NCBI GenBank assembly: GCA_001871495.1
Contig: MNVG01000007.1
Location: forward strand, 4,322 to 68,321
DNA length: 64,000 nt
From: Candidatus Micrarchaeota archaeon CG1_02_51_15
GTDB lineage: Archaea; Micrarchaeota; Micrarchaeia; Norongarragalinales; UBA8480
Direction of reading: 5' to 3'
Shown piece by piece: positions 29,379 through 38,707 of the stretch. The position numbers and the translations under genes were made by a program. Position 1 is the first letter of the stretch. Every line of letters starts with the position of its first letter. A model generated the notes under the pieces. It was given only the letters and a program-made list of their open reading frames with translations, did no database searches and was not told the origin of the DNA.

Positions 29379-30605
29379 TCAAACAACCGCATTGCGTTCA
29401 CGCTCAACGTACTTACGGTTAAACGAATCAAGTTTCGCTTCATCCAAATAAGAATCGTTCTTGCCCACACCACAACTGATTATGTAATCGCGAATCGCGC
29501 GCGGGTCTATTCCCCTCGCCTTCATTCCTCTAAGAGTAGGCGCACGCGGATCGTCCCAACCCGAAAGCTCGCCGCGCGCAATCGCATCACGAATATCGCT
29601 CTTGTGCTCCAAACCCCCTCGGATTTTCAGCACGCCGGTTTCTATCGAGTGGGGCTGCGTCCAACCGAAAGCAGCATACGCGTACCCCTGCTTTATTGCA
29701 TTCAACTCGTGTTCCTTCCCGCGAGTAACCAAAGTAATGTCCATTTCATGGTCGTCTATTGCCGCTGCAAAATTATACAGCGGCCAAACCCGGTACTTCT
29801 TACCCGTAACCGGATGAGCCTCGTCGACTATACGCAACATCACCCAATCACGTATCGAAGAATTAGGGTGGTCCACTTCCGTCTTAATGCGAACAACCGC
29901 ACCACCTTCAGCGTAAGCACCGTCAAGCATCTTCTTCCACTCTAAAAGAGCGTGAGAAGACGATTGGCCACGGCAAGCGCACGCTCTGGCCTCCAAACGG
30001 TTTTTCTGCATCTCCTCTTTGGCACACGTGCAAACATACGCCTTTCCCGCCCGCATCAGGCGCTCGCAATAATCGTAATAAATAAGAAGACGCTCGCTCT
30101 GCTTGACCACTTTGTAAATCTTACAGCCGAGCCACTCTAAATCCTCTAAAATAAGTTCGTAAAACTCGGGAACTGGCTTCTTGGTACGAGGGTCAGTGTC
30201 TTCGAAACGCAGCCAAAACTTTCCACCGTACTTCCTTGCGTATTCATCACCCAAAATAGCCTGTTTGGCGTGCCCCATGTGTGCATAACCGCTGGGATTT
30301 GGGGCAATACGCGTATTCACTTCCGCTCCGCCAAGCGCCCACTCGAGTTCAGGTAACCAGTCGCGCTGTTTCTTCTCGGGAAAAGAATACCCGCTAACCT
30401 CGGACTCTACTTGAGCACGCGAAAGCGCATTAACCTCGGCGACCCCTTTTACAACCACAGCCATAGTACTTTTCATGTCCGCCTTGCAGTCGGGCAACTC
30501 CGCAACAACTTTTGCAATAACAGACCCCGGCTGCGCCTTGCCGTAATCGAATGCATTCTTCAACGCGTGCTTGCGCACGACCTCATCAAGCATAATCCAA
30601 TACAT
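29379..30605 (-). CDS. glutamyl/glutaminyl-tRNA synthetase-like catalytic-domain paralog with N-terminal GatB/YqeY-like domain
   Basis: HIGH region RIAPNPSGYAHMGHA. GWDDPRAPTLRGMKARG motif of GluRS/GlnRS. The KMSKS position reads LKIRGG. The protein ends about 50 aa after WDDPR, so there is no anticodon-binding domain. The N-terminal approximately 95 aa resemble a YqeY/GatB C-terminal domain. Confidence 0.65.
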   Translation of the reverse strand: MYWIMLDEVVRKHALKNAFDYGKAQPGSVIAKVVAELPDCKADMKSTMAVVVKGVAEVNALSRAQVESEVSGYSFPEKKQRDWLPELEWALGGAEVNTRIAPNPSGYAHMGHAKQAILGDEYARKYGGKFWLRFEDTDPRTKKPVPEFYELILEDLEWLGCKIYKVVKQSERLLIYYDYCERLMRAGKAYVCTCAKEEMQKNRLEARACACRGQSSSHALLEWKKMLDGAYAEGGAVVRIKTEVDHPNSSIRDWVMLRIVDEAHPVTGKKYRVWPLYNFAAAIDDHEMDITLVTRGKEHELNAIKQGYAYAAFGWTQPHSIETGVLKIRGGLEHKSDIRDAIARGELSGWDDPRAPTLRGMKARGIDPRAIRDYIISCGVGKNDSYLDEAKLDSFNRKYVERERNAVV

Positions 30606-30639
30606 GGCGCCACAGGCTTTTCAACGTTACGGAACCATG

Positions 30640-31329
30640 TTACGCCGAACCCCCGCCAAGCCCACGCTGTTGAATACGACGAATCGCCTTATTCAAAGCA
30701 TTATACGCCCTAACAGTATCATCATCTTGGAGGAAAAAGCTCAGAATATGATAAGTTGAAAAACCGCCCAAAATAGGAACCCCGCTTGCGGCAAGCTGTT
30801 CGGTGAAAAAGTTAAACAGCCCCGGAACTTCTAACGCCCCCGAATCGAAGAAAATAGTCAACGTGGTTACGTCCTCCCTTTTCTCCAAAACATCGCCTTT
30901 TTCAACAAGCTTCAAAACCTCTCCCAAAAACTTGTGACTACCCGCAACAGTAATCTCGTCACTCCTCAACATCAAATACATTTTCTCTCCAACCGCCCAG
31001 TTTACTGACTTCTCCAAATCCAACAACAACTCATACAACTTCGGAACCGGCCGCAAGTGAACCACGAAAAAACCTGCGCGCAAAATCAGTTTAGACCGCG
31101 CCGCAAATGCGGCAAACGAATCCTCCCTCTTCTTCGAAAAAGAACGGTAACTTCTACGGATGGCCATAGCAATAGCATCAATTGAAACCGGCTTTCCAAC
31201 TTGCTTCTCGACATCGGAGTGAATAAACCGAGCCAACGCCGACAAATTAACCAAGTCGTACTTGAAAGGCAACCGCAAAAACTCCAGTTCCCCCACCACC
31301 TTTTCAACAACACCTGAAACAGACTCCAT
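30640..31329 (-). CDS. hypothetical protein (229 aa)
   Basis: Long ORF with even codon usage. I recognise no motif. Confidence 0.4.
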   Translation of the reverse strand: MESVSGVVEKVVGELEFLRLPFKYDLVNLSALARFIHSDVEKQVGKPVSIDAIAMAIRRSYRSFSKKREDSFAAFAARSKLILRAGFFVVHLRPVPKLYELLLDLEKSVNWAVGEKMYLMLRSDEITVAGSHKFLGEVLKLVEKGDVLEKREDVTTLTIFFDSGALEVPGLFNFFTEQLAASGVPILGGFSTYHILSFFLQDDDTVRAYNALNKAIRRIQQRGLGGGSA

Positions 31330-31946
31330 TCAAAAACCAACCTCTTGTTTAAAGACTATAGAACAACAACGCAAAAATTTAAAAACAGTCAACAAATCTA
31401 CAAAACAACCAAAAACTTACAAAACGCAATGAAAAAACAAACTATCCTGTAATTAAACGCACAATTATTTTATTTTACAACTATTTCGTTAGTAATACAA
31501 AGGCTTTTAAGTGAGCAGGTAATATAATTTGATTAGAGGCAAATCCAGAATAACGGAACAGAATTCGCGCTCGCTGGACAATGAGTCCGACGAAGGGCAA
31601 GAGAAAGGTTCGGGCAGCAAACCCCAAGGAGGTAAATCCAAAAAGAATGTTTGCCCTCCTTTCTCTGCCCTTATACTCCCCCGCAAGCAAAAATTAGCCT
31701 CTATGGAGGTGGGAGCGAATGTACAAGAACGCGTTCGAGTCAAACGCGGAAGAGGCGATGCCCAGCGCAAGCTGGAACTTAAGCGCATCAACGATACTCG
31801 CACTAGTCGGCGCTTACGAAGCAGTAATTGCAACCAACGCCAGTACAGCAATAGCTTTTTTCATACTCGCTTTGATTGCAGGAGTCTGGCAGCAAAGCCC
31901 GCCGAAACTCGAAGAGAAACACGATTGGAGCTTCTGAAAACCGTTT

Positions 31947-32774
31947 TTAGAAAAACACGGCAGAAGCATAGTCTACTACCCGCGCGTTGCAAGAAACCGC
32001 GCCCGAGTTGCTAAAATGTAACACGCTTGCTTCTTTAGCACCATTAAGCAAGGCATACTCTATTGAAGCCGCAATTGCACAAGGCCCGCAGGCACTAACG
32101 TCGCGTTCTTCCACTCTCTTCATGAACCCAGCTGCGTCGAGTTTCAAAACGGCTTCCAAGCAATATTCGTCTTTTGCCTTCGCCTGACGGGCCGGTTCAT
32201 AGTGAGTCAAATCGCTGCTGGCTATCATAAAAACGGGTTGCCTTAAATTTTTAGCCGCAACTGCAGTCGCTTTAGCCAAATCGGTTGCAACTTCAAGTTC
32301 TTGGCGCATCAACGCGATTGCAACGAATTCGAAATCTTTTCCGAAAAGAAACTGCAGAAATGGAAGCTGGACTTCCGCCGAGTGTTCGCGAGCGTGCGCA
32401 GCGTCGTCTGCAGAAACGAATTCCGACGAATTGATAACCGCCGCAACTGTCTTTTGGGAACACTTGGCTTCGCCTAATGGAGTAAGCCAGTTTTCCGTAC
32501 TTACGGCTACTTCCGCACCGCAACCGGAGTGATTGGGGCACAAGATTACGAAAACAGGCTTCTTGACTTTTTTTCCAACGCACGTTTGCTTCAATGCCGC
32601 AAAAGAATGCATCGCAGTAAACCCGGAATAAACCCAGCCGGCGTGAGGAACAACACAGGAAACCACGTCGCCTGCAAAATCGGTTTTACAACGCGATTGA
32701 AACCCAGAAAGCATACGCTCGCACTCTTCCTTGGTTCCCGGATAGAACGCGCCTGCAACCGCGGGACTACGCAT
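31947..32774 (-). CDS. Memo-like protein (AmmeMemoRadiSam system protein B family)
   Basis: N-terminal MRSPAVAGAFYPG signature. His-containing motif VVPHAGWVYSG. 275 aa. Confidence 0.8.
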   Translation of the reverse strand: MRSPAVAGAFYPGTKEECERMLSGFQSRCKTDFAGDVVSCVVPHAGWVYSGFTAMHSFAALKQTCVGKKVKKPVFVILCPNHSGCGAEVAVSTENWLTPLGEAKCSQKTVAAVINSSEFVSADDAAHAREHSAEVQLPFLQFLFGKDFEFVAIALMRQELEVATDLAKATAVAAKNLRQPVFMIASSDLTHYEPARQAKAKDEYCLEAVLKLDAAGFMKRVEERDVSACGPCAIAASIEYALLNGAKEASVLHFSNSGAVSCNARVVDYASAVFF

Positions 32775-32813
32775 AAGTAAACACTAGGCAGACCTGTTGA
32801 AAAAGCCCTGCCT

Positions 32814-34570
32814 TCACTCGCCGGCAACAATACGGCGAATTACACCGTGAGTCGCGTCCACTTCAACCAAGTCGCCGTCCCTGAACGACTTTGTTACGGT
32901 CTTCGTTCCGACGAGGCAAGGAATGCCGAGTTCGCGGGAAACGATTGCAGCGTGACAGGCAATGCCGCCCATGTCGGTGACTATTGCAGACGCTTTCTTC
33001 ATTCCCACTACAAGAGACGGGTCGGTGGCGTGCGAAACCAGTACGTCGCCAGCATTCATTTTCGGCAGATCCTCCGGAGAATTGACTATACACACGATGC
33101 CACGGCCTTGGCCCGGACTGGCACACTGCCCCTTGAGCTCGCGAATCCCTTTGTCCACGGACGTAACCGCAATACCCATACTGTTGAAAAACGTATCTGC
33201 AACGTCACCTACAAGAATTTTTGCAACGTTGTTTTCCGACAGGACCAAGTATCGCTTGTGACGCGCTTTCATTTCGTCAGGCGAAACTTTTTCACCTTTT
33301 TTTAGTAGAGCGGGAATTTCCCACGGAAACAAGTAATTTACTTCATCCAGCGTCAAACCGAGCCGGCGGCCAATCTCTTTATGAAGGGGAACCGACTTGT
33401 AAGCCGCGAAGTAAATTGCGTCTTTACGCAATCCTTTTCCCCGCACTATTTCGCGGGCAATCTCGAACAACCGCGCGTGCTTGTCGTCAACCCCTAATGA
33501 CTTCAAATAATTTTCCTGAGTTTGCTCTAGTTCCTCGCGCCGCGAACGCAGTTCCTCCTTCAGCGAACCCAGCCGCGGCCGGTCGCGTAACAACGACGAC
33601 ATCGTTTGCGCAAAAAACGAGTCACTCCAAGCCGGCCCTTCGTACATAAAAGGAAGCCACTTGAACTTTTCAACATGGTTGCAGAACAAGCGGTACAGCC
33701 GGGCGTCGGCATCCTTGAATGCATTAAAAAATTCCTCATCAAAAACCCGCGAGACGGTAAACAGTTTAAAACTTCTTCATCGACCTGCACTTTTATAGCC
33801 AAATCAACTAATGCCGCTTCCTCGCACTGCGCGTTGCTGTACACAAGCGGCGTAGTCAAAATCGAAAAAATGCTCCCTGCACTTAGTCCCTTGGCGCGCT
33901 TTGAAATATACTCCATTAAATAAGCAGAAAGAGGCGGGTTTTCAACCATATCCAGCGGAACCCATGAAATGCCGGTTTCGTGACAGTCGATCCGTACGCG
34001 CGTAGCCTCTTGAAAAATTTCGGACAACTCCGAGTCTTCAAATGAAGAAAAATCCTGCGGAAAAGAGCCGAAATAATTGAATGCCGAAGAAGAAGCATCA
34101 ACCACTAACCGATTGACCGCCTCAGCCCACTCCGGCTCGTTCAAGACCTTTTTGAAAATCAAGTTTGAAGCCCGAGCAAGCGGACGCGCGGCTAGAATCA
34201 TATCCGCCTGGCCATTACGGCTTGAGATCGCTACGCGCTTCAAACCGGGAACCCCGATTATCAAGTCGTTAACGCCCATCCGCTCCATTATCGCCAACAC
34301 CGTCAAAGGCCGAGCACGCCCAGGCGGCTTTTCCGGAAACTCTTCTACAACCACCCACTCGTCAGGCGAGGTTACTCCCAGCCTCCTCGCCTCTTCTCCC
34401 AGCTCACGGCCAGCAGCATCAACCTCTTCTTCAGAAGGCGAAACCGAACCGAAGTACCGGCGTAGCTTCTTCCAGCCGCCGCCGGGAAGGCGGTGGCTTG
34501 CACTCACAAAGTAATAGTCCCGGCCTCCCTTCTCAACTTTCTCAACAAACGCCACACCGATTATGTCCAC
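32814..34570 (-). pseudogene. PEP-utilising-enzyme gene (PEP synthase / phosphotransferase-like) interrupted by a frameshift
   Basis: Downstream fragment 32814..33689 carries the mobile His domain GDVLVSHATDPS...GGIACHAAIVSRELGIPCLVG. Upstream fragment 33560..34570 overlaps it in another frame and ends in implausible Cys/Arg-rich sequence. Junction near 33690-33760. Confidence 0.5.
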
Positions 34571-34671
34571 TTTTAAAAATAAATACTCTTTGTGTCCACT
34601 AAAAACTTGGACAGAACACTTTTTATTGTCAAATGCGTAACAAGTAGGTATTAGATAATCATCCAGAGTGT

Positions 34672-34920
34672 GTGTGTATGAATGTTAATTTGGGCGCGCC
34701 TTACGAGGCAGTGATAAACCGTTTGATTGAACGGGGCTACGCAGGCAATCAGACCGAGATTATTCGTCAGGCGTTGGTTGTTTACGCGCGTGAGATTGAC
34801 GAGGAAGAGGCGCATTTGGTGCACAAGGCAGTTGGAATCGAGGTGGCGCGAATGAAGTCGGGCGCAACCAAAACCTATTCTTACGAGGAATTAATGAGGA
34901 AAGCGGGGCTGAAACCGTGA
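34672..34920 (+). CDS. parD: ParD-family antitoxin (RHH)
   Basis: PYEAVINRLIERGYAGNQTEIIRQALVVYAREIDEEE matches the ParD/COG3609 pattern. 4-nt ATGA overlap with the downstream toxin. Confidence 0.65.
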   Translation: MCMNVNLGAPYEAVINRLIERGYAGNQTEIIRQALVVYAREIDEEEAHLVHKAVGIEVARMKSGATKTYSYEELMRKAGLKP

Positions 34921-35189
34921 AAATAGTGTTTTCCGAGGAGGCCCAGCAGGACTTTTGTTCCCTTGACGGACAACTCAAACAGTTTTTCCAAAGCCATTTT
35001 AAGAAACTATTGTCCTTGCCGCCCCGGCGCCACTTGCAGCACGGAGTCCCGCACCACGCGGAAGACGTAACGCGACAGGCGCGGCTCGTATTCGACGTTG
35101 AAGACAATGCAACCGCGCCCATACTTTGGGTTGTCCGTTGCTTTGCAACCCACAAGGAATACGAAAAGTGGTTCCGCAGCTATCAATAA
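34917..35189 (+). CDS. parE: ParE/RelE-family toxin
   Basis: 90 aa. MKIVFSEEAQQDFCSLD...ARLVFDVEDNATAPILWVVRCFATHKEY has ParE/RelE topology. Confidence 0.6.
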   Translation: MKIVFSEEAQQDFCSLDGQLKQFFQSHFKKLLSLPPRRHLQHGVPHHAEDVTRQARLVFDVEDNATAPILWVVRCFATHKEYEKWFRSYQ

Positions 35190-35197
35190 CCGTGCGT

Positions 35198-36523
35198 TCA
35201 CAGTATTCTTTTTTCTTGCAGGATTTTCTTGAGCTCGGCGTTTGCATCCACGTATTCGTAGGTAACGCGGTGGCAGGGTTTGTTTATGCGGATGTGTCCG
35301 GCCAGGTCAATTGGCGTTCCGATTATTATTGCGTCAATGTCTTTTGAAGCGTTTTCAATAGTTTGCCTGAGTTCGTCCATTTGTTTTTGACCGTAACCCA
35401 TTGCAGGCAGTATTGCGTCCAAGTGCGAGTATTTTTGGTAAGTGGCTTTTATCGAGCCGACTGCGTAAGGACGTGCGTCGATAACAACCGCGCTTGCTTT
35501 TTTGGCTGCAACAATTCCCGCGCCGTAATTCATGTCGCCATGCGTGAGAGTGGGCCCGTCTTCTATAACGAGAACGCGCTTGTTGCGCAATTCGTTCTCG
35601 CGTTCTAACGTAACCTTGCTTACTGCCTTGATTATCTTAGCGTAGGGATTGGCTTTACGTACGTTTTCTTCAACTAACGCAATATCTTCGGGCTTGGCCG
35701 AGTCGACTTTGTTGATTATAACTACATCCGCCATGCGGACGTTTACTTCACCAGGATAATAGGATATTTCGTGACCGGGTCGGTGCGGATCTGCAACGGT
35801 AATCAGCAAGTCGGGGACAAAGAAGGCATAGTCGTTGTTTCCACCGTCCCAGAGAATTACGTCGGCTTCTTTTTGGGCTTCGTTGAGAATTGCGCGGTAA
35901 TCGACTCCTGCGTAAACAACCAAGCCGCGTTCTATGTAAGGCTCATACTCCTCCATTTCTTCAATGGTACACTCGTGTTTTTCCAAGTCGGCATACGATG
36001 CAAAGCGTTGGACGGCTTGTTTTGCCAAGTCGCCATACGGCATAGGATGGCGGATTGCAACGCATTTACGGCCTGCTTCGTTCAATAATTTCGAGATATA
36101 ACGGCTGGTTTGGCTTTTTCCAGAGCCCGTGCGAACCGCACATACTGCGACAACCGGCTTTTCCGCTTTTATTTGAGTTGCATTAGGACCCAGTAGCCAG
36201 AAGTCGGCTCCAGCCGCGTTAACGCGTGCCGAAATATTCCCTACTTTAGAGTACGGAAGGTCGCTGTAGGAAAGCACTGCAATGTCGACGTTGTTTTGTT
36301 CTATTATCTTCTCGAGGTTTTTTTCCTCTTCAATTGGAATTCCTAATGGATAGAAAGCGCCTGCCAATACAGGAGGGTATTTACGGCCGGCAATGCCGGG
36401 AATTTGTTCTGCAGTGAAGCAAACAACTTCGTAAGAGGGGTTGTCGCGGAAGAAAGTGTTGAAGTTATGAAAGTCCCTTCCCGCTGCACCTATTATTACT
36501 GCTCTGCGCTTCGCTCCACTCAT
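35198..36523 (-). CDS. COG2403-like predicted P-loop NTPase (cyclic 2,3-diphosphoglycerate synthetase-like family)
   Basis: 441 aa. P-loop-like VRTGSGKSQTS. Family assignment is tentative. Confidence 0.45.
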   Translation of the reverse strand: MSGAKRRAVIIGAAGRDFHNFNTFFRDNPSYEVVCFTAEQIPGIAGRKYPPVLAGAFYPLGIPIEEEKNLEKIIEQNNVDIAVLSYSDLPYSKVGNISARVNAAGADFWLLGPNATQIKAEKPVVAVCAVRTGSGKSQTSRYISKLLNEAGRKCVAIRHPMPYGDLAKQAVQRFASYADLEKHECTIEEMEEYEPYIERGLVVYAGVDYRAILNEAQKEADVILWDGGNNDYAFFVPDLLITVADPHRPGHEISYYPGEVNVRMADVVIINKVDSAKPEDIALVEENVRKANPYAKIIKAVSKVTLERENELRNKRVLVIEDGPTLTHGDMNYGAGIVAAKKASAVVIDARPYAVGSIKATYQKYSHLDAILPAMGYGQKQMDELRQTIENASKDIDAIIIGTPIDLAGHIRINKPCHRVTYEYVDANAELKKILQEKRIL

Positions 36524-36616
36524 CCCAATACGCCTCCTTGTTTTCGCCGGCCCTAGAAAGAACCAGCGGATTGCCTAAGGAGGAAAAGAAAAAAGAAGTA
36601 TAAAAACCAGCAGGAA

Positions 36617-37258
36617 TTACGCTTCGAATTCTTCGCGGGTTACGACATACTCTTCGTCCGCAACCAGTTTGCCTTGCTTTTTGAGCAGCTCGCGCGCAAT
36701 TATCCAAAGTAAGAGTGCGATTGCCTTGCGTCCCTTGTTGTTTGTGGGCACGCAGAGGTCGACGCGGCGAAGGTTATTGTTGGTGTCGCAGAACGCGAGC
36801 ACGGGAACGTTGATTTCAAAAGCTTCGTTAACCGCCTGCTTATCGACAGCAGGGTCGATTACGAACACCATTTTGGGCTCGACAAAGTCTTCACGCGCGG
36901 GGTTGGTGAACCTGCCGGGCGTAAACCTTCCGATTAATGGAGTGCAACCGGTAAGCTCGCAGAATTTTTGTACTGCCTTGCGGGCGTTTTCCTTGGCGCC
37001 CACTACGTAAACGAATTCAGGTGCAATCGAGTTCATGAGGTTTGCCGCAGCGCGCACGCGTTCGTCGGTCTTCTTAAGGTCAAGCACGTGCAGGCCGTCT
37101 TCACGGGCTTTGAAAATGAATTGTCTCATACTGCCGTTTTTCGTCTTCGTGCCAATGTGAATGCCTGCTTCCAAGTACTTTTCCTGCGCAACCAAAAAAC
37201 CCTTTTCCAAAGTAAATCCCTCTTTGTTCCAATGACGCCAGTCGCAAACGAAAGGCAT
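36617..37258 (-). CDS. rps2: 30S ribosomal protein S2 (Sa)
   Basis: YLEAGIHIGTKTKNGSMRQFIFKAREDGLHVLDLKKT and VFVIDP...VPVLAFCDTN motifs. Confidence 0.9.
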   Translation of the reverse strand: MPFVCDWRHWNKEGFTLEKGFLVAQEKYLEAGIHIGTKTKNGSMRQFIFKAREDGLHVLDLKKTDERVRAAANLMNSIAPEFVYVVGAKENARKAVQKFCELTGCTPLIGRFTPGRFTNPAREDFVEPKMVFVIDPAVDKQAVNEAFEINVPVLAFCDTNNNLRRVDLCVPTNNKGRKAIALLLWIIARELLKKQGKLVADEEYVVTREEFEA

Positions 37259-37421
37259 CCGTTAGTCTGCGTCCACAAAACCGCAAATAGCATGAACGCA
37301 GCCAAACTACCTTTTGACCAAAGGGCTTAATAAAAACAGGCGGTCGGCACTAGCCCTGGTTTACACCACACGCAATACCGCTTAAAAAGCAGCGCAACGA
37401 ATGAAATAACGGGTTTTTACA

Positions 37422-37991
37422 ATGGATGACTTGCCAGAAACACAAGCAGGCGGACCGCCCGTTGCAGTTACGGAGTCAGAAGAAATAGAAGAAGAAAGCA
37501 TGCAGACCAAGCTGGCTACTGCGAAACAGGATTCGTTGAAGATAATAGAAGCGGCTTTGTTTCTTTCCAACAAGCCCCTGCCACTGGCGGACTTGGCAAT
37601 GACGGCCAACAACATCCGCGTGCAGGACGCAAGGCGGCTTGTTGAAAAACTCAAAAAAGAGTACGACGAACGCAGCAGCGCAATGGAAGTTGACCTTGCC
37701 GAAAACGGGGAAGCCACGCTTCAAGTGCGCTCGCAATACGTCGCGTCGGTTGCAAAGCTTTCGAAAAACGTGGAAATGACTCGCAAGGCATCCCGAATCC
37801 TGGGACTGGTTGCGAAGAAAGGACAGTTGCTTCAAAGCGAGTTGAAAAAATACTTCAGGGGCGAAATCTACTTGTACGTCCACGAACTACGCAACCTAGG
37901 ATACGTTACTGCCGAAAAACACGGCAACACACGCGCGCTCAAGCTGACAAAGAAGTTTCACGACACGTTCCAAATGAGTGCAACGGAATAA
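37422..37991 (+). CDS. scpB: segregation and condensation protein B-like (ScpB)
   Basis: IEAALFLSNKPLPLADLA signature and a second wH region. Acidic N-terminus. The real start may be the internal Met. Confidence 0.6.
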   Translation: MDDLPETQAGGPPVAVTESEEIEEESMQTKLATAKQDSLKIIEAALFLSNKPLPLADLAMTANNIRVQDARRLVEKLKKEYDERSSAMEVDLAENGEATLQVRSQYVASVAKLSKNVEMTRKASRILGLVAKKGQLLQSELKKYFRGEIYLYVHELRNLGYVTAEKHGNTRALKLTKKFHDTFQMSATE

Positions 37992-37993
37992 CT

Positions 37994-38668
37994 TCAAGAA
38001 CCGGGCTCAAAATATTCGGCTGCGGTTACCTTCCTTATTTCGCGCGCTTTTTCGACTCCTATTCCGTCAACTTGGCACAGCTCGTCCTCGTGGGCGTCGA
38101 AGACTTCCGCAACGCTTCCAAAGCGCGCCAACAGTTTTTTGGCAGCAGAAGGCCCCACGCCAGGCAGGCTTTCGACCACGAACCGCTGTTGCTCGGAAAG
38201 GACAGACTTCTTTTTCTCCAAACGCAGCCGTTGTTCCCTTGCAGGTGCAAGCTGCTCACGGAAGGCAACGTGAAAAATAAAGTCGCCAAGTGAAACGTCG
38301 TCTTCGAAAAAAAGCACGGGAATCCCGTAGTCTATTGAAATCGAAATCAACGCACCCCGCAATGCCTTACCGTTAATGCGGCAGGCGCCGCTGCCTACTA
38401 CTCCAACAAGGGGCCGTTCGAAATTGCGTTTGAGTTCCAGCGCTTGTTGAAACAACCGGCCGTCGATAATACTCGATTCCAAATCAGAGTACGCCTTGCG
38501 CTCGATTCCCGCGCGCGGAGAGGCCACGAAATCAGCTACGTCCAGACGCTGGATTTTCAAACGCGCACCTAACTGCTCCAAACGCGAGGTAACCTCGTTA
38601 AACTCCTCGCGGTCGTCGACGAACACCAGCGGTTCTTTCAAATCGACGGAAAATTCCAGTGCCTGCAT
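37994..38668 (-). CDS. ERCC4/XPF-type nuclease with C-terminal (HhH)2 (Hef nuclease half)
   Basis: VFVDDREEF ERCC4 motif, GDF, and C-terminal LPGVGPSAAKKLLARFGSVAEV...VDGIGVEKAREI HhH pair. 224 aa. Confidence 0.8.
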   Translation of the reverse strand: MQALEFSVDLKEPLVFVDDREEFNEVTSRLEQLGARLKIQRLDVADFVASPRAGIERKAYSDLESSIIDGRLFQQALELKRNFERPLVGVVGSGACRINGKALRGALISISIDYGIPVLFFEDDVSLGDFIFHVAFREQLAPAREQRLRLEKKKSVLSEQQRFVVESLPGVGPSAAKKLLARFGSVAEVFDAHEDELCQVDGIGVEKAREIRKVTAAEYFEPGS

Positions 38669-38707
38669 TTCAAATCAACTTCACTTGCTTTATCAAAAGA
38701 ACACGCA

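Noticed and set aside
31330-31720. RNase P RNA or SRP RNA in the long A-rich intergenic region
   Set aside because: The match to the P4/CR-I consensus is only partial (gagaaaggttcgggc versus GGAAAGUCCGGGC). The complementary P4 strand is missing, and there is no SRP helix-8 motif.
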